Shown piece after piece: positions 1 through 11,473 of a DNA stretch of 64,000 nucleotides (within the stretch, counting starts at the first letter, position 1; each line of letters begins with the position of its first letter). The stretch comes from Stylophora pistillata (taxonomy: Eukaryota). The position numbers and the translations under genes are program-made. The stretch spans positions 89,218 to 153,217 of the forward strand of contig NW_019218266.1 in the NCBI RefSeq assembly GCF_002571385.2, written 5' to 3'. The notes beneath the pieces are model-generated. The model did not search any database. It was not told the origin of the DNA and saw only the letters and a program-made list of their open reading frames with translations.

Positions 1-555
1 GTAAGGGAGGTGGGGGAGGGAGGGAGGAGGAGGAGGAAGTGTTGTGTTAATGTCTTGATATGAATCAGGCTAGTCTGACAACTGAATAATATCTGCGCAT
101 GCCCTAAGTTTTGCTGTGGAAAACGGATTTTGAGTCATTTGCTGGGTTGATTTCCTATTCTGTTGCTTCGGGGTGTAGTCTTCCTTGCTGCTTTTCTTTT
201 ACAGAACAACCACCAAAAACTTTGTACACCCCTTAAAATTTTTCAAAAATTAATTTCCTCCTTAAAAACTCTGGAAATAGGAAATTGCCTTTGACGAAAA
301 CAAAATGCCTCAGTTTTAAATGTTAGCCCTTGTTATTTTCCACTAATTTTGTTAAGTTTAAACTTAGAAAACTTGAGCCCACATTGTTGACCACATACCC
401 TCTGATAGAGGATTTCATTATTCAGCCCTGTTGGCTAGTCCAGGCTAAGTGAAAAAGTAAAAAGAGCTGTGCCAATCCAAACGTGACATATGTTGGTTGA
501 ACTAAGCCTGAAGATCTCTGGTTTAATCCCAATATATATGACATAAGCTAAGTAC

Positions 556-1155
556 CTTGTTCTGAGCAGAAATTTCCTTTCTTCCCCTATGGTTCTGATA
601 TGCACTTGATTCTGCCTCTCCACATTCTATGTTGTCATTGCTCCAGGTTTGCTTCGAGCCACGGTTTTTATGCACACTTAAGAACTCCTGAAATTCAACA
701 TCATCTTCAAGATCACCTAAAATTTTTGCCCTCTTTTTCTTTTTCTTATCTTTTTTCTTCCTTAACCCATCTGATTCACAATTTTCTATTTCTATGCGTT
801 CTGAGTGCTGGGTTTTTAACTTCTCGTTCTTTCCTTCTAAGCTCTTTTTCAGTCTCTCATTTGCAGAGCTGCCTTGAGAATATTTGCTCCAAGGCCGTGG
901 AAGTGTTTCATCTCCAAGGTTTTTAGCGACATCTACGAATATCTTTGAGGTGTCAATAAACGATTTGTTAAAATGGTTCAGCGCAGCTTTCGCTTCTTCT
1001 TCAGTTTTATAACCAATAAACCCAAACCGTCGAAACTTCCCATCCTTTGTGAAGCATAATTTGACATCTGTTAATTCTCCTTTTGCCACGAAAATAGAAC
1101 GAATCCTTTCTTCCTTTATCGTCTTTGGTAAGTTCCTAACAATAAGCCTGGACAT
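556..1155 (-). CDS. RBM19: RNA-binding protein 19 (multi-RRM nucleolar protein), first coding exon; gene continues beyond the window start
   Basis: N-terminus MSRLIVRNLP...KFRRFGFIGYKT is the RBM19/Mrd1 RRM1, followed by the PRPWSKYS and EFQEFL..WSND motifs. Splice donor AAG|gtact at 556/555. Confidence 0.9.
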
Positions 1156-1338
1156 GATCCAATTACCTGGATTCTCACGGGAAAGACGAGTATTTACAAT
1201 TGCAGAATTCTGCGTGTACTACAATCCACCATCTTTAAAGTTTGCACGTGTTTCTATTTTATGGTAAGGATGTGGTGTATGGCAAATGTAATATCCTGAC
1301 ATGTAGAGGTATCTCAACATACACCACGTACCCAATCA

Positions 1339-4300
1339 ATGATGGAAGGTAATTCAAAATCAGTGAAAAGAAAAATTGAGGAAGTCGATGCTGATGCAAG
1401 CGATGAAAAATCGCTGGGCATCAAACGATTTTTAAGGGTACCCAGAAAAGGTAGGAGATTAACTAATGAGTCAGGATGTTAATTATGTAAGGATGAATTA
1501 TGTAACTTTCCCGGGTTGTGAGTCTTTTCTTCCAAAATTACAGTGTCAAACAAATTATTGAATTTTTTATATCAGTCAGAAATTGTCGACATATTTTTCT
1601 AATTATTAGTAATTTACATTCAATTAAAACCGATCTATTAAAAAAGAAAAAAGAATATCATCAGTTCACTGCCCAAACTATAGTTCTAAGTAAGTAGTAA
1701 GTAATTTATTTATCCACATTTCACAATTGAGTATAACTCGTTTTAACGTGAACGTGCCAGGTTAAAATAATATATATAACAAGCTAGACAATGATGATAA
1801 TAATAGTAATAAAAAGGAACTATAAAATCATATGGGAATCATGGTGCATATGGGAAATAAACAGGAATCAATAAAACTAAGAGGGAACAAGCTAGGGATA
1901 AAATAAACTATGTACAAAAGTTGCATTCACACTCCACACTGGTAGTCAAGTTGACCTCGTCCAGCATTGATTTAAAAATATTAAGAGAAGGAGCTCTTCT
2001 TGCATAGTCAGGTAGATTATTCCATAATCTTGTAGTAACGTATTGATATGACCTATGCATGAATCTGCTAGAATAAGTAGGCTGATCAAGCTTGCAGAAG
2101 CCTCTGAGGTCATATTTATTATTACGAAATAAAAACATCTCCCTAATATTATTCGGCCCCATGTTATATAAGCATTTATAAAAAAGGCAGAGAGCATGAG
2201 AATATCTGCGATGCTCTAGGGTCTTCAGTCCCACATGGTCAAGTAAGGTACTATATGAGTTTGACTTAGCCATGTTTAAAAGAGTTCTAATGGCATACTG
2301 ATTAGTGAGCTCCAGTTTGTTAGATAGGCCAGATGATAACCCAACTAAGACTGGAGCACAGTACTCTAAGTGTGGCAAAATAAATGCCTTATAAATATTG
2401 ACCATCACTTCTGAAGGTATGAATTTATGAACTCTCCTAAGAGCACTAACTTTGGCATTAACCTTATTACACACGGATTTAATGTGGGCTTTAAAAGATA
2501 AGGAGTGGTCAATAGTTAGACCTAATAACTTCATATCATGTACCACATTCAAGGGAGGCCTAGTACGGTCAGCAAACAATTCATAACATGGTGGATTATC
2601 ACCCAAAGGCAATACTTTAGTTTTAGATTCGTTTATATTTAAGTAATTACGCTTGAACCATGACTGCAGCACATCGAACTTTCTCTGAGATCTTAACTCT
2701 AACGCATATTGAGTAGGGTGTGACAGATACAGTGTCGTATCATCAGCATAAAGCCTTAGTTTAGCATCTTTGACAAAATACATGAGATCATTAATGAATA
2801 GGTTGAATAGTAGAGGTCCCAATATTGATCCTTGTGGAACACCATGTTGGATTGTTTTCCAATCTGAGTGGTTATTACCAATCTTAACTCGTTGCAACCT
2901 ATCATGCAGATAAGAACGAATAAGGTTCATTACTTGTTGAGATTATTATGGTAAAAAAAAACTGATCACACCATAATAATTCTGGAATAATACTAGTCAG
3001 CCCCTTGGATTGTTCCCCGTATTTTTATTCATACATTTTGGCCTGTTTCAAGGTTTTAAAGGTCTTTTTCAAACTTCTGTCATCAATTGGTGCACTTGAT
3101 TCTTTAATGATTTCATGACATTCTCACTAATTTTAGGCATATATTTAGACACATTACTTAGTCTTAACCCTTTACACCACAACATCGGTATGCATTTTCT
3201 TCAAATTGTTCTCCATACATTATAAGGTGCTGATCAAGAGAATTTGAATCAACAATCTAGAGCTTCTTTAGTTGGTGATCATTTCCTTTATTCTCATGAC
3301 CTTGATATGTGATACAGAGGCAATATATAATGAAAGGAGAAATTAGATGCTGGTCATTATAAGAAGTCAAAGGGTTAATAAAAAATTCATATTTCTAGGT
3401 GAGGAGGAAACAAACAGTGACATTTCTCAGTCACATGGAAGAAGCAACTTGTTCCCTACTTGGAAGTGGAAAGGAACCTTACTTTATTATGAGTCACAGG
3501 ACATCCAGCCTTTGCAACAAATTGCAGCCTTTGACTTTGATGACACGTTGGCAAAAACATCTTTATTCAAACATGGACCAGATGCTTGGTCCATACTTTA
3601 CTCTTCTTGTATACAGAAACTAACAAACCTTCACAAGGATGGATATAAACTTGTGATCTTCACTAACCAGGCTGCTATCGGCAGAGCAAAGGCCTCGAAA
3701 CAAAAGGTTACAGATGAAAAGAAAGGCAGGCTCATTGGGTTTGTCAAGAAGGTAGTAGGAACTTCCAAAGACAGATTTCTATAATGTGAGCATGTTTTAA
3801 CCAAGGGGCTGAATTCCATTGTTTTCTGAACAAAAGAAGAAGCATTAGGCAAGTAACTGTTGCAGAATCCCCTTGGGCTCAATTTCTGCTGTGCTCTTTA
3901 AAGCCCAGTCTTGTTTACCCTCTGAGGGAGGGGGTAGGCTGATTTCTTGAACAGAGGCTGGTTATTGAGCTTGAACCCTTTTCCTTTAGAGCAGATATGC
4001 TGATCCACTAGATAGCACTCTGCTCTCAGAGCAAAGAGGTCTGTATGAGAGACCTAGCCATGCCACTTGGTTGTTTTCTTGTGCAAAACACTCTTTCTGT
4101 GCCTTTCTTCACCAAGAGTGTAAATGGGTTGGGGAAAATTGTTAGGGAAGCTTGACAAAATGCTGGAGGTAAACTGTGGTGGATTAGCATCCTATCCAGT
4201 AGGAGCAAGAGTGTAGCTGGGGGAAGAGGGAAGGGAGTTCTGGGGTACCTGCAACCCCCCCCTTTGTTAGCCTTTTTTTTTTTTAAGCAAACAATGCACA

Positions 4301-4771
4301 ATATTCTGGTGGTGAGTACCCTCTATTTGACTCAGTGTGACCACCCCCTTTTGAAAAATCCTGGCTGAAATAGGATGAGCTCAGGCTGGATGAGCCACAT
4401 AGCTTGCATACCAACTCTACCTGTGCCTTTTATTCCTTCCTTTTAGTTCTATCCAGAAAATCACATTCTCAAAAGCAATCTGATTTTCATTTTTGATTTT
4501 TCAGGTCGCTCTACCCTTTCAGGTCTTTGTAGCTACATCACAGGATTCCTACCGTAAACCAAGCACAGGGATGTGGGAATTCTTCTGTCAAAAATGTAAT
4601 GGTGGCATGAAAGTGAATAAGGAGAAGAGTTTCTTTGTTGGTAATGCTGCTGGAAGGGCAAAAGACCATGGGGCAAGTGATAGAGAATTTGCCACAAATT
4701 GTGGGCTGACATTTTACACTGAGGATGAATTCTTTTTGAAGGATGTATTGATGAGCAAAGAAAATGAATAG
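1339..4771 (+). CDS. Stand-alone polynucleotide 3'-phosphatase (HAD family, PNK3P domain; PNKP/ZDP/Tpp1-like), ~243 aa
   Basis: Exons 1339-1450, 3399-3751 and 4505-4771 join in frame via GT-AG. Motifs AAFDFDDTL (DxDxT), LVIFTNQ, YRKPSTGMW, SFFVGNAAGR and SDREFA. No FHA or kinase domain is encoded. Confidence 0.8.
1686..2935 (-). mobile_element. 5'-truncated non-LTR retrotransposon (CR1/L2-like LINE) RT fragment in intron 1 of the phosphatase gene
   Basis: The 340-aa ORF 1908-2930 has GVPQGSILGPLLF and LYADD RT motifs. The 3' end has AATAAA followed by a (TTAC/TAC)n tail at ~1686-1712 on the minus strand. Confidence 0.9.
3165..3378. repeat. ~200-bp TTAACCCTTT...AAAGGGTTAA MITE (piggyBac-like ends), a high-copy family in this window
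   Basis: Terminal inverted repeats with TTAA ends. Related copies at ~6290-6498, 10228-10755, 29395-29560, 33302-33500, 41960-42690, 44360-48707 (interrupted) and 51590-51735. Confidence 0.65.
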
Positions 4772-5341
4772 GTGTTCCATACCTGCAGGAATGTGTACGA
4801 CATTTTGTAGTTATATTTTGGTCATTGTGTAAAATATTTTGTTGTTATTTAATAACCAAATATCTTAAAGGTGTTTTTAAAACAGTCAATTCTCAAAGCA
4901 GTATTTATTCTGTTAAGACATGCTTTGTGTATTTCTTATTTAATAAAATGTAAATGGTGCTTCTTGTAACAAAGTGTAGCTGCTGTTACTTCTAAATAAA
5001 TCTGTAAGTCCAAAGCCCAAGCCTTGGTTAAACTTTATTTGAGTAGCCAGCCCTAACACATTCAATGTTCACTTCCAATTACTTTTGAACATTTCCAAAA
5101 GTGGCAGGGAAACCCACAGGATATCATTGTCTAAAATTTTCTAGAATGTATCAATTTGAGGAAAAGATTAAAAAAAAAAACTGGGTACAAGTTACAAAGC
5201 TGGGTGGTAGGGAGGAGGGGGACAGGAGGTTTCTCCAACCCAATCCTCACCCTCTTATTCAGTTTACAAGCATTCAAGAATATGTAATCAGTACACTTAG
5301 AGGGTATTAAAATATATCTCTGTTTTATTGGAAAATGATAC

Positions 5342-8300
5342 TTATTTTCTAGTCTTTGTCGAAAGTGAAGCTTTTCTGGTGCTCATTATTTTCAAAATCT
5401 GGTTTGTCTCATTCACAATGTCATGTTTATGTAGTACAAATTTCACTCCTTTGGAACTGACTCCTTCTGCTCTCACATACTCTCCAGCAAGGAGAGCAAC
5501 TGGTGGATAAAGTAGGATGTTAAAGAGTTTTTCTACTGTTGTGCCCGGTTTCAACACAATACAGTCTCTGAGGACCTGGGGTTTCTCTTTAGTGACTACA
5601 CTGATTGATTGACAAGTATCAAGGCAGTTAACAGGAAATGCGTAACTTGGTGAGCGCAGTTTCACAGCTTGTGACAAAGCTTTCAGGACACCAGTGTCAC
5701 CAAAGATGTCAAGGATGCTGTTTTTTACTTGTAGCAACTCTTTCTGGGACTTTTCACTTAGATCCTGAGTTTGATGGTTAATTTCAAAATGTGATGCTCC
5801 ACTTTGGTAAGACAACAAGTCATCCTGGCATGCTTGTTGTAGAATACACTCACTCCTTGCACTAACAGGGACCATCATCACATCCACAAACTGCTCTTGA
5901 AATTTCTTCAAATTATGAATAGCATCAGGAAGGTCAACTTTGTTGAGAGCTAATAGAATAGGAAAGCGCAAGAACAAGAATTTGTCAACTAATTTGTGCA
6001 CCAAAAGTTCAGCATTTGCTTTTTCCATCTTAGGAAGAGCAAGGAGTTTTTTATCTGACATTCCTGCTGACTCAAACGTTAAGTGAATCAATGCCTGAGA
6101 TGCATGGTACCCAGTGAACATGTCAAATAGTTTGGCTGGTTTCTTAACAATTGAGTCCCATTTGTCCATAATATTGTCATAAATCCAGCTGTGAAGTTCT
6201 TGTTGAATCCATCCAATATCTCTGGTTGGGTCATACTCTGATAAAAAAAAGGAACAACAAAAACTTCAACATGGAAAAAAACTTACAATTAACCCTTTAA
6301 TTTCGAGAAGTGATTAAAATGTAATTTTTCCCTGTAAATTATATCCTTAAATTATCCAGCAAACAGGTAATGTGAATACTCAATCTTATCAGGCAGAAGT
6401 TGTCATCTTGATCCAAAACCAACAACTGGTGAGTAATTCACAAGGAAATACATAGCTGCTAGAGGGAGCAAGTTGGGAGTTACAGATAAAGGGTTAATTA
6501 GGGACCGTTCATTATTTATTGGGGGGGGAATGGTCACAATTTTTTTAGCTCCACTTTGGGGAGGGCCATTTTAAAAAAATTCCAATCGAGGGGAGGGCTA
6601 CGATTTTTTGAGATTATAAGTATTCACCACAAGTCTTTGAACTCAGAGTTCTCTTGACTGGTTGCAGCATGAAAAGTACATGTGTTATGAATGCAAAAGG
6701 TCTTTATTAAAGGCATAACTGTTCAAATGAAACACTCTACATTTGTGTCAGTTTGTTACATGATTCATTTGTTGTACGAATGTTGTACAAATTTAAAAAT
6801 ACAACTCATGAGAAGATGTCATGAGCAGTAGTAGCTACTAAAAAACTGCAAACGTGCCACGTCTGACTTGCCCACATGCACCACACATTGATTATATAAC
6901 TAATGATACCAAATAATATGCTCTACTTTTTGAACAGAAACCAGCAATATTTTTTTCGAGAATAAAAGTAATATCGAAAACTTCTGACAGTTAGTCTGAC
7001 GCAGTTTAGTGGCCCTCGCCCCCCAGTAAATAATTACCGGTCCCTTATACCTTAAATTCTTATCTTGCAGAGAAAGCCAATGAAATCATATTTAAATCAC
7101 CAGTACCTGTGGTGGGTTTTCCAGTCTCGTCTGTCTGCCCTGACAGATCAATAACATGAATGAGTACATCAGCATCCAAGAGATCATTCAAAAATTTGTT
7201 TCCCCGTCCTCTTCCTTCACATGCACCTGGCACCAAACCAGCCACATCTTTGAGCACCACTGGAACAAACCTTTCACATTGAGCAGTGTGGCCATATCGA
7301 GCATGACATCTTTTTGTCCACTGAGCACAGGGGCAAGGTATTGCATAAAATGCCTGCCCAATATTTGGTTCAATAGTGGTGAATGGATGGGCTCCTATTT
7401 TTGCCATATTTTGGTGGGTAGCAGCATTGAAGAAAGTGGATTTACCAGCTGAGGGTTTCCCTGCAAAAGAAAGTTAAGTGTTCAGAAAGTGAAACAAAAT
7501 GTATTTTTATTTTTAATAATTATTACAGATAACTCAAACCAGGACCTGGTTATTCATGACTTCCCACACTTCTGGCATTTTGCTTATGTTTCCCAAATGA
7601 GCTTTACTTGGCTCCTTTTGATATATACTTTGCTTTTCTTAACTATTCTCTTAAACAGAACATAAACAGATAACACCCTGTGATTTCAAAGTGTAGGAAA
7701 ACACCAGTGACAAGCTAACAATTTATTCACATCTCACTGGTAGGGGCATTGCACAAGTTTTGCAAACCAATGAATGTTAATCAAATGTAGTATAGCACAA
7801 CCAATGCAATCAATGTTAATTTTGAAAAAACACTCAAACACTGTCCAGTAAGCTTGATAACCAGCTGTTCATTAAGAAATCACTCCTCCACCAAAGGAAT
7901 TTTTCTAAGAGAGCAACAAAGACCAAAATCAAGGGAACAACAGAAAGCAAGCCTTAGTAGTTACAACTGCCATGTACTTGTTGTATTGATATTTCAATTT
8001 TATTAAAATTATTTATACATATGATTGACTAATTATTACCAATTAAGCCAATGACGAAGTCCCATCTTCCACCTTTTGCATTGATAATGTCCAATTTGTC
8101 TTTAAAATTTTCCAAGTTAAAGGAATCTTTATCATCTGTTTCCTCATCTGATTCAACCTTTGCTGCTTGGTCTTCTTGAAAGCCGTTGAGTTTCATTGCA
8201 TTTTCACCAATCCATTCTTTCGCAGAATCTACTAAACCAAACACCATGGGCATTCCTATAGATTCTTCGCATGAACATTTCAAGAAGGAGATCAGTTCTT

Positions 8301-8538
8301 CTATGAACTCTTTTGGTAATGCATTGGAGCGATTTGGTATCTCGATCGAAGGAATTTCATCTGGGTATTTCGATGGAAGAGAAATTTTCAGTTGAAGCGA
8401 CGTGACGGAGGATGAGATGTTTAGTTCATCAATTCTGATCAAAAACGTCGGAGGGAAAGAACTGAGTTCAGAGAATTCGTAAGGAAATATGGCTTTAAGG
8501 CTTTCAACCTCTTCTTTTTGCTCTTCTAGAAAATCCAT
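5342..8538 (-). CDS. RWD domain fused to Obg-family (YchF/Ygr210-like) GTPase with C-terminal TGS-like domain, ~582 aa
   Basis: Exons 8538-8040, 7460-7107 and 6237-5342 splice in frame. RWD motifs EEQKEEVESLKAIF, YPDEIP and GMPMVFGLV. G1 GKPSAGKST, G2 HPFTTIEPN, G3 DVAG, G4 NKVD. CPC...C insertion typical of the Ygr210/archaeal subfamily. Confidence 0.85.
6501..7044. mobile_element. PIF/Harbinger-like MITE
   Basis: TIR GGGACCG(T/G)T(C/A)ATTATTTA at both ends, flanked by a 3-bp TTA target duplication. Confidence 0.65.
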
Positions 8539-8717
8539 TTCAGGTATGAGTATGTATGTGAAAAATAAATTAAAATTTGAGAAAAAAGAGGGCAGCAAGA
8601 GGTGAAAATGCCATTTTGGATTTTGGTGGTGTAATATAAAACGAATTCTGATTGGTTTGACTATATGATATCCCAGAGGTCTATCCGAAGTAGATTGCGT
8701 TTTCTCAGGAAAGCAAG

Positions 8718-10137
8718 ATGGCGGCTCGTATCTTTTCAAGAGTGAACTTGGTTTCAAAGCGATTTTTCGCAGCTACCGCTTCTCCAGGGGCTTCTTTGGC
8801 AGAAAAAGAACTGGCAGAGGCGAAACATGCTGAATGTAAGACAGTAGATTCGATGTTATCCTATCACTTCCGAAAAAATGTACCACAAACTGGCATTGCG
8901 CGTTTATATTTTGATACGCTTGCTATAAACGCATTAATTTTTGTTCAATGTTGTGCCGTGGTTGCCCTATCAGTTTAAATACGCAACTTACAGTGTTTGT
9001 TCATTTATGAAACTATGAAGTATAGTAAGCGTCCATGGAGGATAAAATATTAAATGAACCCATGACTATTACTATCGAGGGACGTGGTCGTAAACTCGTA
9101 CATATCGTACTAAATTGGCCAGTTGATATTGGTAGTTTAAATTTGTTTTAAAGGCTTTTGGTGGAATGGAAATATCTTGTTAAATTTAATTTACCTTGTG
9201 GCCAACGCTTTAAATTCTGAAGGTAGAGCCCTTCTCATATTTGTGAAACAATTAAGACGAATTTTTTAGTCAGGTCATACGCCGGTAAAAGTATGTTTTG
9301 TGGTTTATGCATGGGAAAATAATGAAGGAAATTTAAGATAATTTACTTATTTAATTTTTCTCAAGCTCTCATAAGTTCTTCTCCAAGATAAGGCCTCTAG
9401 GTATTGAAAACGATTGCCCACCTATACCATATGTGAGATTGTATGCCAATTTAATGACATGATGTGGGTTGAGTTTGTTGTTAGTTCTCGTCCTTGCTCC
9501 AAGAGCGCTTTTCCCTGTGCTCTGGTTTTCCTCCCCTGTAAAAACACCAACACTCCAAATTCCTACGCGGTCTGGAAACAGTGGACAAGGAGAGCCACCC
9601 AGTGGAATGCCCATTGTTGGATTCCCATATATTGTTATTATTTTACTACAGAAAGTAAGACGTGTAAAACCAAATCCCATAGTAGGGCAAAGGTGTCATC
9701 TTCCCTTTTTTATGCCATGGTTTGGTTTTATTAAAAATCAACATCCTCAGTTCTGGGGTTTTTCACTTTGTTAACTGGTAATTTGTCTTTGGGAGAAAAA
9801 TATTTCGCTAATGCTGTCTAGTGTTCTTCTTTGAAATGGTAAAAAGGTCTTACATTTTTGTTTATGGGGAAAATAGGGTCTCAGGTTTGTCCTCCATCAA
9901 AACAGGACAGATATTTTTCAAAATTCTAATTTCAACTAGTTAGTAATTCCATTTTTTTTCTCTCTCTTGTTCTCTCTTTCTTTAGCAACCATGAAGACCT
10001 GGAAGTTGATTTCATATTTTGTTGCCGTTCCTGGCATTATAATCTGTACTTACAATACGTATCTCAAAGAGAAAGAGCACCATGAACATCCAAGGGCAGA
10101 GTTTAAACCGTACTCTCATCTCAGGATTAGGTCTAAG
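8718..10137 (+). CDS. COX6A: Cytochrome c oxidase subunit 6A (exons 1-2; last exon not present, probably in the assembly gap)
   Basis: Exons 8718-8835 and 9986-10137. Arg-rich mitochondrial presequence, then TWKLISYFVAVP and EFKPYSHLRIRSK, which are COX6A motifs. The expected PFPWGDG exon is not seen before the N-gap at 10872. Confidence 0.88.
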
Positions 10138-10871
10138 GTTGGCAAATAGTTTACTTTTTTTAAATAGTCTGGGAGAAGCACTGGCATAATGACCAGTGCA
10201 CTGGACTCCGGTCAAGAGGTCTGGGTTTAACCCTTTAACTCCCATGAGCAACCAACAGAATTTCTCCTTACAATATCAACAGTATTATATGGCTGTGTCT
10301 CACAAGGACTGGGAACTACTGAATTCACGAATTTGATTGGCTGAAATCAATATTGAAAGCAGTCTAGATTTTCCCATCTAGACTGGCATCTAAACCAGTC
10401 TAGAAAAAAAGGTACAAAGAATATAAAAAATTGGCATATAAGACACAGCCATTTAATAAACATCTTATTAACCAAGCTAGGCCAGTCTGTATAGGAGAAT
10501 CTTGACCTTATTTGCTGGTACAGACCTCACTGTGTTCGGTCTGTACTGTCGACCTCGGTCAAGATTCTCCCATACAGACCTCCCACTTGGTTAATAAGAA
10601 CCAAATATCAAGCAGACAAATGATGAGAATAAAGAAAATAGAAAATCAGGGGATTATCACTTGATCCAATACTAAATTCTCCAAACTAACATCATAAGAA
10701 CTGTATGGCAGATGGTAAGGAGAATTGCTAATGAGATCTTGGGAGTTAAAAGAGTCAAGACCTGGCCAGGTCAGGGTGGTGTGTTTTTGGGCCAAAACAC
10801 CTTTTTCTTACTGTGCCTCTCTCGGCCCAGTAGAATAAACGGGTACGGGTGAATTGTCAGGGAAGCCTTAT

Positions 10872-10895
10872 NNNNNNNNNNNNNNNNNNNNNNNN
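10872..10895. other. Assembly gap (N run)
   Basis: Run of 24 N. Confidence 0.99.
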
Positions 10896-11353
10896 TATCT
10901 CATTTATCACTTTCACGGGTTTATTACGAATCAACTTAACGGCCTGCTCCCAGTTGGCTTGTTAGCTCAATTGGTAGAGCGCTGCACTAGTATCGCAGAG
11001 GTCAGTGGTTCGAGTCCCGTACAGGCCTGATTTTTTTCAGGTCTGATTTTCGCTATTGCATAAATAGCGCTATCTACTGCGAGGATCATGCATCATACGT
11101 ATCTAATACCGCAGTTCAAAATATATGAACTTCATATATTTATTCTATCTCATTTATCACTTTCACGGGTTTATTACGAACCAACTTAACGGCCTGCTCC
11201 CAGTTGGCTTGTTAGCTCAATTGGTAGAGCGCTGCACTAGTATCGCAGAGGTCAGTGGTTCGAGTCCCATACAGGCCTGATATTTTTTTTCAGGTCTGAT
11301 TTTCGCTTTTGCATAAATAGCGCTATCTACTGCGAGGATCGTGCATCATACGT
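10896..11353 (+). repeat. Tandem 250-bp tRNA-derived repeat (SINE-like/pseudo-tRNA, AGT anticodon-like loop), ~2 units
   Basis: Unit period of 250 bp (e.g. cagttggctt at 10951 and 11201). Each unit has A-box TAGCTCAATTGG and B-box GGTTCGAGTCC followed by a T-tract. Confidence 0.8.
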
Positions 11354-11473
11354 AATTTCTTTGTCGGGTATTTCATTTGTAATTGGCTATACATGCATAC
11401 ACTTAATTCTGATAATTGTAAAATAAGATACTTACAGTCATCGTATTTTTTGCCTTGTCTCCTTAAAATGCAG

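Noticed and set aside
8539-8757. N-terminal 73 aa of ORF 8029-8757
   Set aside because: Overlaps the COX6A start and the shared promoter. RWD homology begins at MDFLEEQ (8538).
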